Source: Octopus bimaculoides (taxonomy: Eukaryota). Taken from it: a stretch of DNA of 51,490 bases. Each line of letters begins with the position of its first letter. Position 1 is the stretch's first letter. The notes below the pieces were generated by a model. It was not told the DNA's origin. It saw only the letters and a list, made by a program, of their open reading frames with translations, and searched no databases. The stretch lies in assembly GCF_001194135.2 (NCBI RefSeq), contig NC_068993.1, positions 44,201,322 to 44,252,811 of the forward strand. The letters run 5' to 3'. Shown one piece after another: positions 24,041 to 36,461 of this stretch. The translations under genes were made by a program, and so were the position numbers.

Positions 24041-24857
24041 ATATATTTGATGAATAAATGTTTTTCATATGTAATTTTGTTTGAACTATTAATCAAAGCT
24101 TGAAATACAAAAAAAAAAAAAAAAAANNNNNNNNNNNNNNNNNNNNNNNNNNNNNNNNNNNNNNNNNNNNNNNNNNNNNNNNNNNNNNNNNNNNNNNNNN
24201 NNNNNNNNNNNNNNNNNNNNNNNNNNNNNNNNNNNNNNNNNNNNNNNNNNNNNNNNNNNNNNNNNNNNNNNNNNNNNNNNNNNNNNNNNNNNNNNNNNNN
24301 NNNNNNNNNNNNNNNNNNNNNNNNNNNNNNNNNNNNNNNNNNNNNNNNNNNNNNNNNNNNNNNNNNNNNNNNNNNNNNNNNNNNNNNNNNNNNNNNNNNN
24401 NNNNNNNNNNNNNNNNNNNNNNNNNNNNNNNNNNNNNNNNNNNNNNNNNNNNNNNNNNNNNNNNNNNNNNNNNNNNNNNNNNNNNNNNNNNNNNNNNNNN
24501 NNNNNNNNNNNNNNNNNNNNNNNNNNNNNNNNNNNNNNNNNNNNNNNNNNNNNNNNNNNNNNNNNNNNNNNNNNNNNNNNNNNNNNNNNNNNNNNNNNAC
24601 TTCTAGCTACACTTATTAATTGCCTTTTGCCATTTTAAAATGCTTGTCCTAATTGTCATTGCAACAAAGCCTATAAATAAACGAATAAATAAGTAAATAA
24701 ATATAAATAAACTTAAATCAAATTAAAAAAAGATCTTAATGCCAATTTTTTACTGAAGACATTTGATGTCCTGCAAGAGAATATCACTCAATTATGTTTG
24801 TCAGTTTGTCTAATGTTTAGAAGCGAAATTTAATAAATGTTTAATGTTACAGCTTAC

Positions 24858-24946
24858 AGTACCAAATGCCATTTGTCAGAACTGCTAGGATTTTTGTGTT
24901 TTGTATTTTTCCCCCAAGAGATGGCAATATCAGAATCTTTGCACAA
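24858..24946 (-). CDS. Candidate internal exon of the minus-strand gene (89 nt)
   Basis: agtattctgtttag| acceptor, |gtaagc donor. Two frames are open (LCKDSDIAISWGKNTKHKNPSSSDKWHLV, phase 0 to 2, joins the next exon; or CAKILILPSLGGKIQNTKILAVLTNGIWY). Frame unresolved. Confidence 0.45.
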
Positions 24947-25019
24947 CTAAACAGAATACTATTTTATTTTTCTCTTTCCCTTTCTAATTAATCACTATTG
25001 TCATCATTATCATTATAGT

Positions 25020-25320
25020 TGTTGTCATCATCATCATCATAATCATCATTGTCATTGTCATTATTGTTATTGTTGTCGTTGTCATCATCATCATCATCAC
25101 CACCATTATCATCACCATCATCACCATCATCACCATCATCACCATCATCACCATCCTCCTCCTACTTACCACCACCACCATTATCATTATCACCGTCATT
25201 TTCATGTCATCATTTTCATCATCATCATCATCATCACCATCATTGTCATTAACATCATCATCATCATCATCATTGTCGTCATCACCATTGTTGTCATCAT
25301 CATCATTATTGTCATCGTTT
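25020..25320. repeat. Degenerate (CAT/CAC/TGT)n trinucleotide array
   Basis: Direct inspection. Confidence 0.9.
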
Positions 25321-25339
25321 TTATGTCTACCTTTCACTG

Positions 25340-25475
25340 GTACTTAATTTATCAACCGTGAAAGGATGGAAGGCAAAGTCAACCTTGGTAGAGCTTGATC
25401 TCAGAACATAGCAATGGGAAAAAGACCACTGAGCATTTTTCCCCGGCATGCTAACGATTCTGCCAGCTTGCTGCC
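25340..25475 (-). mobile_element. Family-B SINE (another decayed copy at ~25620-25810)
   Basis: Reverse complement of the TGGCAGAATCGTTAGCATGCCGGGG head and central domain. Confidence 0.7.
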
Positions 25476-25501
25476 TTACTACTACTACTACTACTACTAC
25501 A

Positions 25502-25600
<99 letters not shown>
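25476..25600. repeat. (TAC)n-(TAA)n compound microsatellite
   Basis: Direct inspection. Confidence 0.93.
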
Positions 25601-27305
25601 TTCTTGCATTGGTACACATCTCAAATTACTTGGCATAGTAATAATTCAATTGAATCAACCCTCGGTACTTGTCTAACAGATATATTATCAACCCCACCAC
25701 CAAAGTTTAATGGTAAAGTTAATGCTTGTTGGATTCGAACTCAGAACATTAGTAAAAGTAACAAAATAATGAAAGATTATTTATTCTTATATCCAACCAT
25801 TTCTGCCACTAAAATTATAATTACTAATCTAAAACTTTTCTCTTCTGTGTCTATATTTATATTTATTAAATGTCTATATTTATTTCTTCTCTTTAATTTT
25901 TACTATTTTCACGACCAAATACACCTTTAATTCATTTGTGTCTCATCATAAATTTATTAATTGCTATCTATAATTAGTGAATGACATGGTGTTAGTTTTT
26001 ATACAGCTTAGCTTTATGTAGTTTATTTTCAGAAACAGTGACACAATGTCAATTTGGTCCTCTCATACTAATTACTATTTTTATTTAAAACTCTCTTCTT
26101 TTTACTGTGTTATTTTCTTTTTCTCTTCCTTTTCCTTTTCTTGGTTGTATTTTTAATGAGCCAAGTCAGTTAATAGAGGTTGAGAAAATATTTCAAAAAT
26201 AAGACTTGACAGCAACAATATCTATTGTCTGACACAAAGCACTATTAGTTTTTTTGTTTAGAAAACTAGCTTCTGTCTTTTACTTGTTTCAGTCATTAGA
26301 CATTGGCCATGCTGGGGCATCACTTTGGAGAATTTTAGTCAAATGAATCAATCCCAGTAATTATATCTTTTAAAACCTAGCACTTATCCTATCGGTTTCT
26401 TTTGCTGAACCACTAAACTATGGGGATGTAAATACACCAATATCAGTAGTCAAGCAATAGTAGGGGACAAACACAAATACACACAAACACGCCGAAGTAA
26501 GATGACCAGTAATCACATGAAACTTCAGGTTTTACATCAGTGTCCCTCTCCTAGAAGGATGCTGTGACAATAGCTAGTGGTCCCTCGCTCCCAGTGATTT
26601 TAATATGCACCCTGACACTAACCAAACCATCTAGGTATCATACTTAATGTATACACTGTTGATAGGCCAGTTACTGTGGTATTTGCCCTGAGATAACATC
26701 TCTTATGGACATGCTGTGTTAAAAACATAATAAATACCCAAAGAAGATAAAAATTCATCCCAACCAAGGTCAGCAAGAACATCAGATGCATTTCAGCCTT
26801 TCTGGACCTTTTTTGGGAGATACTTTTTCTGTGGCACATACTCACAGCTGGTCACATACTCAGGTAAAAATTCATTGGCTCTGATACTAAAAAAAGGTGA
26901 ATAAATATTAACTGATGTTGTAAATACCTGCCTGACTGAATAAAAATGCAGAAAAATTACAAGGAAGGATTTAAAATTCCTGTGGTGGAAATTCTAGTTC
27001 ACTGCATGACCACAGATGGTGTTGTGTGCACCATGTACTTAAATAAGATATTTACCCCGCTTTGTTAGTGGCAATACCAAAATGCTGAGTTATCCTCTGC
27101 TTGTTTAGCTTAAAGTCATCCTTAGCTATGGCTAATATAGATAAGAGAACTGAGAGTGTCACTAGTAGTGTCAAGTGTAAACGTCAATTCATATTGATCT
27201 AAGACAAAGTAAAACTGTAGGAGTGTTGAAGATAATGAACCATGGTATTTCAGTACATAACCTGTGTGGTATCTATGGTATTGGTTTATCTACTGCTATT
27301 AATAA

Positions 27306-27340
<35 letters not shown>

Positions 27341-28096
27341 ACACACATGCTTGCATTATATATAAATGAATGATGAATTTGCCAGTGTAGGATGCACTTT
27401 AAAATGTATCAAAAAATTGCCCTGCATGTAATGCAACAGCTTTACAGATGAGAGACCAAGCGTCATAGATCTGACAGTTGGATGAGTACAGTAATTGTTA
27501 CTAATTATATATCAATAATATTGAAAAGTAGGGAAAATTTCAATGTCTGTTAGCAACAACTTACAAAATATTGTGTGCGGTATGTCAGCACATCGTACCT
27601 CCTTCCTCAGCTTGCATAAACCCCACACTTGATCTATATCTTACATTTGTTTTATTATCTAAGAAATAGCAACATTATAAATAGCAACATTATCTAAGAA
27701 ATAGCAACCTTATCCAAATGACTGGAATGCACATAAAATACTTAGACATAGCAACTGGTGTGAATTCTGAAGAATTAACTCTGAAGTTATGTCCAATATC
27801 ATAAAGAGCTGTCCAAATTTATGATACCAAGACCTTGGCATTATGTTATGCTTGAGAAGAAGACCCATCAAGCCAAGTAAAATTGCAGTCATGGCAGATA
27901 CTGGTGTCACACAAATCATGGCACCCATGCTGGTGGAATGTAAAACCATCCATTACACTCTTGGAATGATTTGTGTTAGGAAGGGCATCCAGGCATAGAA
28001 ACCATGTCAAATCAGACTGGAGTCTGGTGCAGCTTTCCAGCTTGTCAGCCCTGGTCAAACCACCCAACTCATGCCAGCACGGACAATGGACGTTAA

Positions 28097-28127
<31 letters not shown>

Positions 28128-29109
28128 GCATGTGAGACATGATGTCATGACCAGAACTTTAGAAGCAGTGAAACCTGCAGAAGGCATAGCTCTGAAAATT
28201 AAAATATAACAGTTATACAGATGGTATACACATATGTAATATGAAAATATACTGGTGAAATGTTCTTGTCAAACCATCTGTAAAATATTAGCACAACAGA
28301 CCATAATGAACAGGGGAAAAATGCACACAGTAGTGGAAATCAGTTATCTAACAGATATCCACATAATGTGAAAGATAAAAGTAAGAGTTTATTCCAAGTT
28401 TGTTAGAAATCTACAGATATTATATTTGCAACATAACTTTAGGTTCATGCATGTGATTATTGACGCATGTGATTACGTAACTAACCACCTCATCACCAGT
28501 TGTGAAAGGCTAAGCTACAGTAAAATCAGAAAAGACAGAACTAATTAATATATTACAATTACAAGTCACTAATGGAACTGTGGAAATATGGAAGTGTTTT
28601 AGAAATTTAGTTTGTATTATGTACATATATTCACATGTATAGACATATGGAAAACATAAGTGTTCACACATTATTCAAAATATACAAACCCACACAAATG
28701 ATATGTATATATATGCACACACATACATATGCAGATGCAGATGCAGACATACATTTCTACCCTGTTTGTGCTGTTTACGTCAATAAAAGAGCCTTGTTTC
28801 TGGGTTAGCAACTAGCTCTTACTCTACTGGCAAAACATTTATGAAAATAAAACAGAACACACACACACACATGCATACATATTAACATATATGAATTACA
28901 TACATATACGAAAATATATTACATACATATATGCACCTAGACATTTCATAGAGACATTACATTCATAAATCTATTGTATTTTCATGCTTACACAAGCACA
29001 TCAATTCTTAAATATATTCCACCTGTAACAGTACTGACTCATTCATGCAAATAACCAAATTTACATAATGGATATGTCATGTCAGATATGTAAATGCATA
29101 CACACCACA

Positions 29110-29195
<86 letters not shown>

Positions 29196-29276
29196 ACACA
29201 CACACACAAATACATTTCTATCTATCTGTCTGTCTCTCTATCTGTCTATCCATCTATCTATCTATCTATCTATCTG

Positions 29277-29315
<39 letters not shown>
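29110..29315. repeat. (CA)n followed by (TCTA)n
   Basis: Direct inspection. Confidence 0.93.
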
Positions 29316-29505
29316 TTATCCAGTCCCTGTCAGTATATATGTATACAATTATGTGCTTTGACTACAGCATTAGAGCATTTTAGCTCATATTTCTAGCAAT
29401 GTAGCTGTTTATAACACCTTAGTCACATTTAGTGGCAATTATAGTTTTCTTTTTTGGTGAAACATTGCAAACTGCTGTCTATATTAATTTTATATATATA
29501 TACAC

Positions 29506-29568
<63 letters not shown>

Positions 29569-30337
29569 NNNNNNNNNNTATATACATCATCATCATCATC
29601 ATCGTTTAACGTCCGCTTTCCATGCTAGCATGGGTTGGACGATTTGACTGAGGACTGGTGAAGCAGATGGCTACACCAGGCTCCAATCTGATTTGGCAGA
29701 GTTTCTACAGCTGGATGCCCTTCCTAACGCCAACCACTCCGAGAGTGTAGTGGGTGCTTTTACGTGCCACTGGCACAAAGGCCAGTCAGGAGGTACTGGC
29801 AACGGCCACGCACATGTACATCTATGTATATATATATATGTATATGTGTAATGTACAAAGGTAAGGTGTTATTTGTGATGATGTATAGTGATGATAATGA
29901 TGATGATGATATTTAATGTGTTGTTACTCTTTAAAAATATTGGGTGACATAGATGCAGGTTGCATGTGGCCCATGAGCTGCAGGATGCCCATGGATGCTG
30001 TAGAGGCTCACCTCAGTGGTTTATTCTATCTCTTATAATTCAAACATGTAGTCAAGTATGTCACACAGGTGTGGTCCTGATAGGAGGGCAGCAGATCTAG
30101 GATATTAAAGGGGGTTTTATGCTGGTCTGAATAATCCATCAGGGCTGACTAGAACAGGTTCCATCACCATTCAGCTCTTCTGTATGTGGTCATGATTTGA
30201 GAGTGTTTTGGCTACTATTTCTAGCAAGATGAAAGACCATGTAGAGCTTCATTATTAGTTTAGATTTCATGCTTGATGTTCGCTTGCTGTCATAGTTGAA
30301 GTTATTTGAAGTTATTTTGTCTGTTAAAGCTAACAGA

Positions 30338-30570
30338 AAACTGGACTATGTCTTAATAATAATCACATCACTGAATACATCAGGTTATGAAGGACTGGAT
30401 CATGTCATATGATAGACACATACAACAAGGCACTCAATCTCAATGCATGTTATGAAGAAGAACTGGACCATGTCTTGACAATAGTCACAGCACTAAGCAC
30501 AGCATGTTATGAAGGAGGACTAGGTCATGTTTAACCATAGACCCACACAACATGGCACTAATTACAGGTT
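30338..30570 (+). repeat. Degenerate minisatellite, four 55-67 bp units in A-B-A-B order
   Basis: Units begin with ACTGGA(C/T)(C/T)ATGTC and end with GTTATGAAG; units 1/3 and 2/4 are most alike. Confidence 0.6.
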
Positions 30571-30639
30571 ACAACATTTTAAAACATGATGCATGTCACA
30601 GTTAAATTCAGCTATAAGTAACTGTCTCTCACATTTATA

Positions 30640-30790
30640 ACATTTGAGCTGACAAAGAGCCTGTTTGTGATCACCTGAAATAACAGTTAAATTGCCCTCA
30701 AATGACACAGTACTTCTATTTTAAAACTAGGAAGACAGGATGCATTGGACAATGTAGTCCTACATACATTGTCTGAGAAAAACTAGGATA
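30640..30790 (+). mobile_element. Family-E retroposon fragment (other pieces at ~9480-9590, 30190-30250, 41300-41480, 43150-43280, 45020-45275, 49430-49560)
   Basis: Shared GAAATA(G/A)CAGCCAAAT...CTCAAAT...GGA(T/C)AATGTAGTCCTA motif in multiple dispersed copies. Confidence 0.55.
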
Positions 30791-31448
30791 ATCATGGTAA
30801 GCTACTTACCACACAGCCACTCCTGTGCCTATAGGGACAAGAACAATCTGATTAGTAATATATTAGAACTAAGGGTATCATGCACCCGTACATTTAAGTA
30901 TTTTCAAAATTTGTGACTATAGGTGCCATACTCGAACTTTGATGGTGGAAATTAATTTTGGTATGATATCCGTTGTAACCTTACCCTCTAGTATTAAATA
31001 TAATAAAATCATGAGATATTGAATTATATGGTGAATTAAATTATAAGCTATATGTTATGGTATGTAGTGTGCTATATGTAATTACTATCCCATGAAAACT
31101 CCTGCCGAGTTAGTCTGACTTCATATTTTTGGTGATTAAACTATTTTTTCCTTTCTATGATGCTCTATCCTACTGCTTATATTATGTATATTTGTAATGG
31201 CTTTTACGTAAGTCTCCTAATTATATACCCCCTAGAAACTATATAATCATATATGTAATAGCACCTGTAACATTGCAACTTACTACGCCCTCACTACGCC
31301 CATACCTACTACCTCCTCTTTTCAGGTTACCTTTATCTCTTCCCTACCTCAAATTTTAATACCCTGTCTCTTTAAATGTAGGTTATATGTATTTCTTATT
31401 ATTTTCTATAAATTATTATTATTTTGTTTTCTTACTTTGATCTCCTTA

Positions 31449-31740
31449 CCTATTAACCTCTTATCCCTTATAGGTTGTTACTGTTCTTAAATAGAGATTT
31501 TTCAGCTACTTAGGTCTATGCAAGATGGTTATACTATATCCATATAAATGTATAAATATTTGTATGTGTGTATATATGCATATATGTGCATAACCTATTA
31601 ATCTCTTATTCCTTATAAATTGTTATCTTTCTTGTTTGTAAATAGATATTTTTTAGTTGCTTAAGTCTATGCGAGATGGTTATACTATATCCATATAAAC
31701 GTATAAGTATGTGTGCATGAGTGCACATAAATAAATATGT
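31449..31740 (+). repeat. ~146-bp tandem duplication
   Basis: ACCTATTAA(C/T)CTCTTAT...GTCTATGC(A/G)AGATGGTTATACTATATCCATATAAA present twice. Confidence 0.8.
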
Positions 31741-31784
31741 GTGTGTATCTGTACACATCTTTATTTTTTCTGATTCTTGGCTTA

Positions 31785-32199
31785 TCTATAATATAAATTG
31801 GACATGGGCGATTGTTGTATTCTTTCTTGTCTTGAGGTTCACAGCCAAACAGCTGGGTAGATTCACGTGAAAAATGGCACACATGTGGAGACGAGTGCAT
31901 AGATTGGAATGCAGCTTGTATTTTTTTCCTAGCCCCCATAGTTACCGAGAAAATCGATTAAAATGTTTTCTAATGGAATTCCCCCAGACTACATACAAAT
32001 TCGTTCTTCACAACTCCGGAAGCTGTTTTCTGACAGGGGTAGGGGGAGTCAGGAAATTTTCATACAGCTGGAGGCTCCAATCGAAACAGGGGACTCAAAA
32101 TGATAAAGTTGAGAAACGCTGTTATAGATTATGCCTAACCGAAAACGATTACAGCCACATCATCCAATCAGACCAGGTGAAACCGGGCTTAGCTGCTAG
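31785..32199 (+). mobile_element. Non-autonomous Helitron-like element (~415 bp)
   Basis: 5' A|TCTATAATATAAA, internal CAGCCAAACAGCTGGGTAGATT...GAAAAATGGCACA, 3' hairpin CCAGGTGAAACCGGG then CTAG|T (A/T target, no TSD). Confidence 0.65.
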
Positions 32200-32384
32200 T
32201 AATTAATATATAGATAGCATGTTTATCTTCCCAGTATTCCATAAGTAAATACCCTGAGCAGTCTTTATAGAAACTACCTAAGTAAATAATTAAGTACATG
32301 AATGAATATTAAACTGATTCTATGTAATCTTTCCTTTTTAATGTTGAAAATTAATGTATACACACATTTTACTTATTTTGGTGG

Positions 32385-32549
32385 CTGCGTTTTTTAGGAG
32401 TAAGAAAATATAATCTCAATGCCCTTGGTGTAAAAACACCCAAAAGAAAGGGATCTGATGTGAGTTGTCTCACTTGGCTATGACCTGCTTTCGGGTGGTT
32501 TTACACCAAGGGCATTGAGATTATATTCTCTTATGCCTAAAAAACACAG
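32385..32549. repeat. Fold-back element with ~62-bp arms and ~41-nt spacer; partial direct copy at ~32795-32960
   Basis: TATAATCTCAATGCCCTTGGTGTAAAA versus TTTTACACCAAGGGCATTGAGATTATA. Confidence 0.85.
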
Positions 32550-33097
32550 TGGCCCAACAAACTAGCAACACACACACCTCGTGTATGTGTGTTTGACTTT
32601 GTTTAAATACCTCAAGCTGCTTCTAATTCATATTTGTATTTTTTCTGTAGCATGATTTGTTGGGACATGCCAGCAGATGGTTCTTAAACCATTTAGCATA
32701 CAGTCACAGCCAGTTGGACAGCTCACAGCAGACCCCTTGCTTGGTATGTGGCATTGAGAAGTTACAGCAATAATGAAACATCGATGTCTGTAGCTCTGAA
32801 AAAAAGGTATCTGATGTGAGTTGTCTCACTTGGCTATGACCTGTTTTTGGGTGTTTAGTACACCAAGGGCATTGAGATTATATTCTCTTACACCTCAAAA
32901 AACACAGCCATCTGACAAACTAACAATACACACCTTGTGTATATGTGTTTGACTTTGTGATATATATGTGCTTCATTATAAAAGATGCAAAAAACATCAC
33001 AAAAATATCACAAAAAACTGTTACTCAGAGTTTCACATTCTCATTCATTGGGCAGTTGTAATCAAGAATTGAATAAAAATTGAGGCTTTATTCAGGA

Positions 33098-33266
33098 GGC
33101 GCAGGAGTGGCTGTGTGGTAAGAAGCTTTCTTCCCAATCACATGGTTCTGGGTACAGTCCCACTGTGTGGCACCTTGGGCAAGTGTCTTCTACTATAGCC
33201 TTTTAGGCCAACCAAAGCCTTGTGAGTGGATTTAGTAGACGGAAACTGAAAGAAACCCATTGTATA

Positions 33267-33301
<35 letters not shown>

Positions 33302-33460
33302 CTGTGTTTGTCCTCCCACCATCACTTGACAACTGATGTTGGTGTGTTAATGTATCCATAACTTAGCAGTTCAGCAAAAGAGACCAATAGAATCAGTATT
33401 AGGCTTACAAAGATCCTTGAGCTGATTTGTTCGACTGAAGCAAGTAAAAGAATAAAAGAA
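33098..33460 (+). mobile_element. Family-A SINE, CpG-decayed
   Basis: Homology to 36057-36461. Confidence 0.85.
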
Positions 33461-33884
33461 TAATGTATATTTTGATATGATTCACATTGACAGATACACA
33501 TTTGAATTTGATTGGTTGTTTCTGCTAATAGTTTTTCAGAAGTATGCAAGCTGAGACAGTAAATATTCAAACAGAAAATAAAAATAAAATAGAAATAAAA
33601 TGAAAATAAAAAATAAAAAATGAAATTACATAAATATCGTGTTTCTTAAAGAAAACCTTGAATTGGAAAAAAATTTGAGTAAAAAAGAAATTTTGAGTTA
33701 AAAACAAATCATGCGTGTCCAGAGTAAATTAATTAATGGTAAATAAATGAATAATTAATTAATATAAACGCAAGTTTGTTTTAAAACATTTTAACCCATG
33801 GGTTGAGAAAGCTCATAGATATTAATAACAACCTGTCAAATTCAAATGTGTATCTGTCAATGTGAATCATCAAAATATACATTA
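33461..33884. mobile_element. MITE-like element (~424 bp) with ~50-75 bp TIRs
   Basis: TAATGTATATTTTGAT..GATTCACATTGACAGATACACATTTGAATTTGA and its reverse complement; TA-flanked. Confidence 0.7.
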
Positions 33885-35354
33885 TACGTACAACCTCAAT
33901 TTCTATTCCATTCTTGATCGTGACTGATGAACGAGAACGTGAAACCCTTGAGTAGCAGTTTTGTGATATTTGTGTGATGTTTTCACAGCTTTAATAATAA
34001 AGTAAACACATACACACACACACACACACATATGCATGTATGTATACATAGATAATAATGAAATCAAACCAAGTAATATTTTGAATTGCAATTAATACAT
34101 GCACTTGAGATAATTATAATTGCACAAGAGATAAAAAAAGTATTTTGATATGTCTTCATAGTGGAAGATTTTGTGTGAGAAATGAAATTACTTTTTTAGT
34201 TTATTGTGCAATTATCTGAAACGTACATATTAAATGCATTCAAAATATCCTTATTTACTTGGTTTAACTTCATTTTTATACATTACACAACTCTATGCCA
34301 GCACAAGTTAGCCAGTTCTATCGCCATTCACACAGATACTCTAAGATTTGGAGTGGTTTGTTCTATTCGACATGTGTCAGAAAACCTGGTAACATGCATT
34401 GCTTCTGAGCTTAACAGAAAACACACATATATACACATACAATACAGAAGTTATCAACAGATGAAAGCATAGAATAAAGACACAGAACTCAGTGTATCTT
34501 TACCATGAATAGATGTATTGCTGCAGCACAGCACAAAGGTTCTAAATATTTAAGTAACTGTCAGTTTTATCCATCAGTTACATCAGAAATGGTAATATAT
34601 ATCTAGTATTTTGTAACTGAAGTCACATTACACTCATGATAATGTGCATAAAAGATGCACATCTTTCATCTTGGAATTGTGCTGGTTTCAGTTTCACCAT
34701 GTACAAAGCACAATTTTTAAAAGAACGGGGAATAATTTATAGGTTCATACATAACCACAAACACACACACACACACACACACACACATTCTCTCTGTCTG
34801 TCTGTCTCTCTCAATATATATATATATATATATATATATACTTTATTTAAAAGCAGCAGAAATATAACAAAAGACTGTTACTCTGAGTTTCACATTTCCG
34901 TTCATCGGACAGTTTTGTTAGAAATCCACCTTGTTTTTTCCACCTTGTTGNNNNNNNNNNNNNNNNNNNNNNNNNNNNNNNNNNNNNNNNNNNNNNNNNN
35001 NNNNNNNNNNNNNNNNNNNNNNNNNNNNNNNNNNNNNNNNNNNNNNNNNNNNNNNNNNNNNNNNNNNNNNNNNNNNNNNNNNNNNNNNNNNNNNNNNNNN
35101 NNNNNNNNNNNNNNNNNNNNNNNNNNNNNNNNNNNNNNNNNNNNNNNNNNNNNNNNNNNNNNNNNNNNNNNNNNNNNNNNNNNNNNNNNNNNNNNNNNNN
35201 NNNNNNNNNNNNNNNNNNNNNNNNNNNNNNNNNNNNNNNNNNNNNNNNNNNNNNNNNNNNNNNNNNNNNNNNNNNNNNNNNNNNNNNNNNNNNNNNNNNN
35301 NNNNNNNNNNNNNNNNNNNNNNNNNNNNNNNNNNNNNNNNNNNNNNNNNNNNNN

Positions 35355-35420
<66 letters not shown>

Positions 35421-35772
35421 AATGTATGTATGTATATATGTATGTATGTATATAAATATAAATTCAATTTTTGGGGATTAATCGATATGCAGGTATTCTA
35501 TTTCAGATAATACAAAAATAACCTAATGAGTATATCTGACAGTAAACTCATGATATCAGTTTGCACATCATGAATATTTAAAGGATATAACCAGCGGATA
35601 TATATATACTTCGATAATTATGTCCTACTTTAGTTAATACTTATATTTATTAAATATGAAGGAACTACACATGTTTCAGTATTGGAAGATTACAATATAT
35701 ATACATATACACAACTGTATACCTACATGTATACATATATAAATACATATATGCAATTGTCAGATTTACAAT

Positions 35773-36009
35773 TATTCCAACACATCTTCAGGTTCTATTT
35801 CAAAATATTATACATCTAATTTTACATCCCTTTAAAAATAAGCAATACAATTAAGCATTAAAGAGTAAAAATTAAGAATTAATTCTTAATTTTTAATTTC
35901 TAATTCTTAATTTTTACTCTTTAATGCTTAATTGTATTGCTTATTTTTAAAGGGATGTAAAATTAGATATATAATATTTTGAAATAGAACCTGAAGATGT
36001 GTTGGAATA
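35773..36009. repeat. Near-perfect palindrome: 109-bp arms (one mismatch), 19-nt spacer
   Basis: Manual alignment of 35773-35881 with the reverse complement of 35901-36009 gives 108/109 identity. Confidence 0.95.
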
Positions 36010-36056
36010 GATATTGAGTTGATGTATGCAAGAATGTATATATACACATACATATA

Positions 36057-36461
36057 GGCGCAGGAGTGGCTGTATAGTAAGTAGCTCGCTTACCAACCAC
36101 ATGGTTCTGGGTTCAGTCCCACTGCGTGGCACCTTGGGCAAGTGTCTTCTACTATAGCCTCAGGCCGACCAAAGCCTTGTGAGTGGATTTGGTAGACGGA
36201 AACTGAAAGAAGCCCGTCGCATATATGTATATATATATATATATATATGTTTGTGTGTCTGTGTTTGTCCCTCCACCATCGTTTGATAACCGATGCTGGT
36301 GTGTTTACGTCCCCGTAACTTAGCGGTTCGGCAAAAAAAGACCGATAGAATAAGTACTAGGCTTACAAAGAATAAGTCTTGGGGTTGATTTGATTCGACT
36401 AAAGGCGGTGCTCCAGCATGGCCGCAGTCAAATGACTGAAACAAGTAAAAGAGTAAAAGAG
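36057..36461 (+). mobile_element. Full-length young family-A SINE (tRNA head, CORE-like domain, internal TA/TG microsatellite, tail)
   Basis: GGCGCAGGAGTGGCTGT head, B-box-like GGTTCAGTCCC, GCACCTTGGGCAAGT (similar to the CORE-SINE motif GACCTTGGGCAAGT), (GAGTAAAA)n tail. Confidence 0.9.

Noticed and set aside
24984-25930. Poly-D, poly-T/N and poly-S ORFs
   Set aside because: Trinucleotide microsatellites without splice or start support.
26560-26850. Protein-like minus-strand stretches (e.g. ASDVLADLGWDEFLSSLG)
   Set aside because: Interrupted by stops and no recognisable motif; possibly an old TE, not assignable.
30008-30075. Minus-strand exon-like segment with a GTGAGC donor
   Set aside because: Stops in all three frames.
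30338-30570. CRISPR-like array
   Set aside because: Eukaryotic context, no cas genes, degenerate repeats and homologous 'spacers'.
30900-31400. Possible Penelope GIY-YIG remnant
   Set aside because: Only a vague resemblance; no frame with convincing motifs.
32651-32743. Plus-strand 93-nt open exon-like segment with good splice sites
   Set aside because: No compatible partner exons found. It shows the false-positive rate of exon-picking by eye in this AT-rich DNA.
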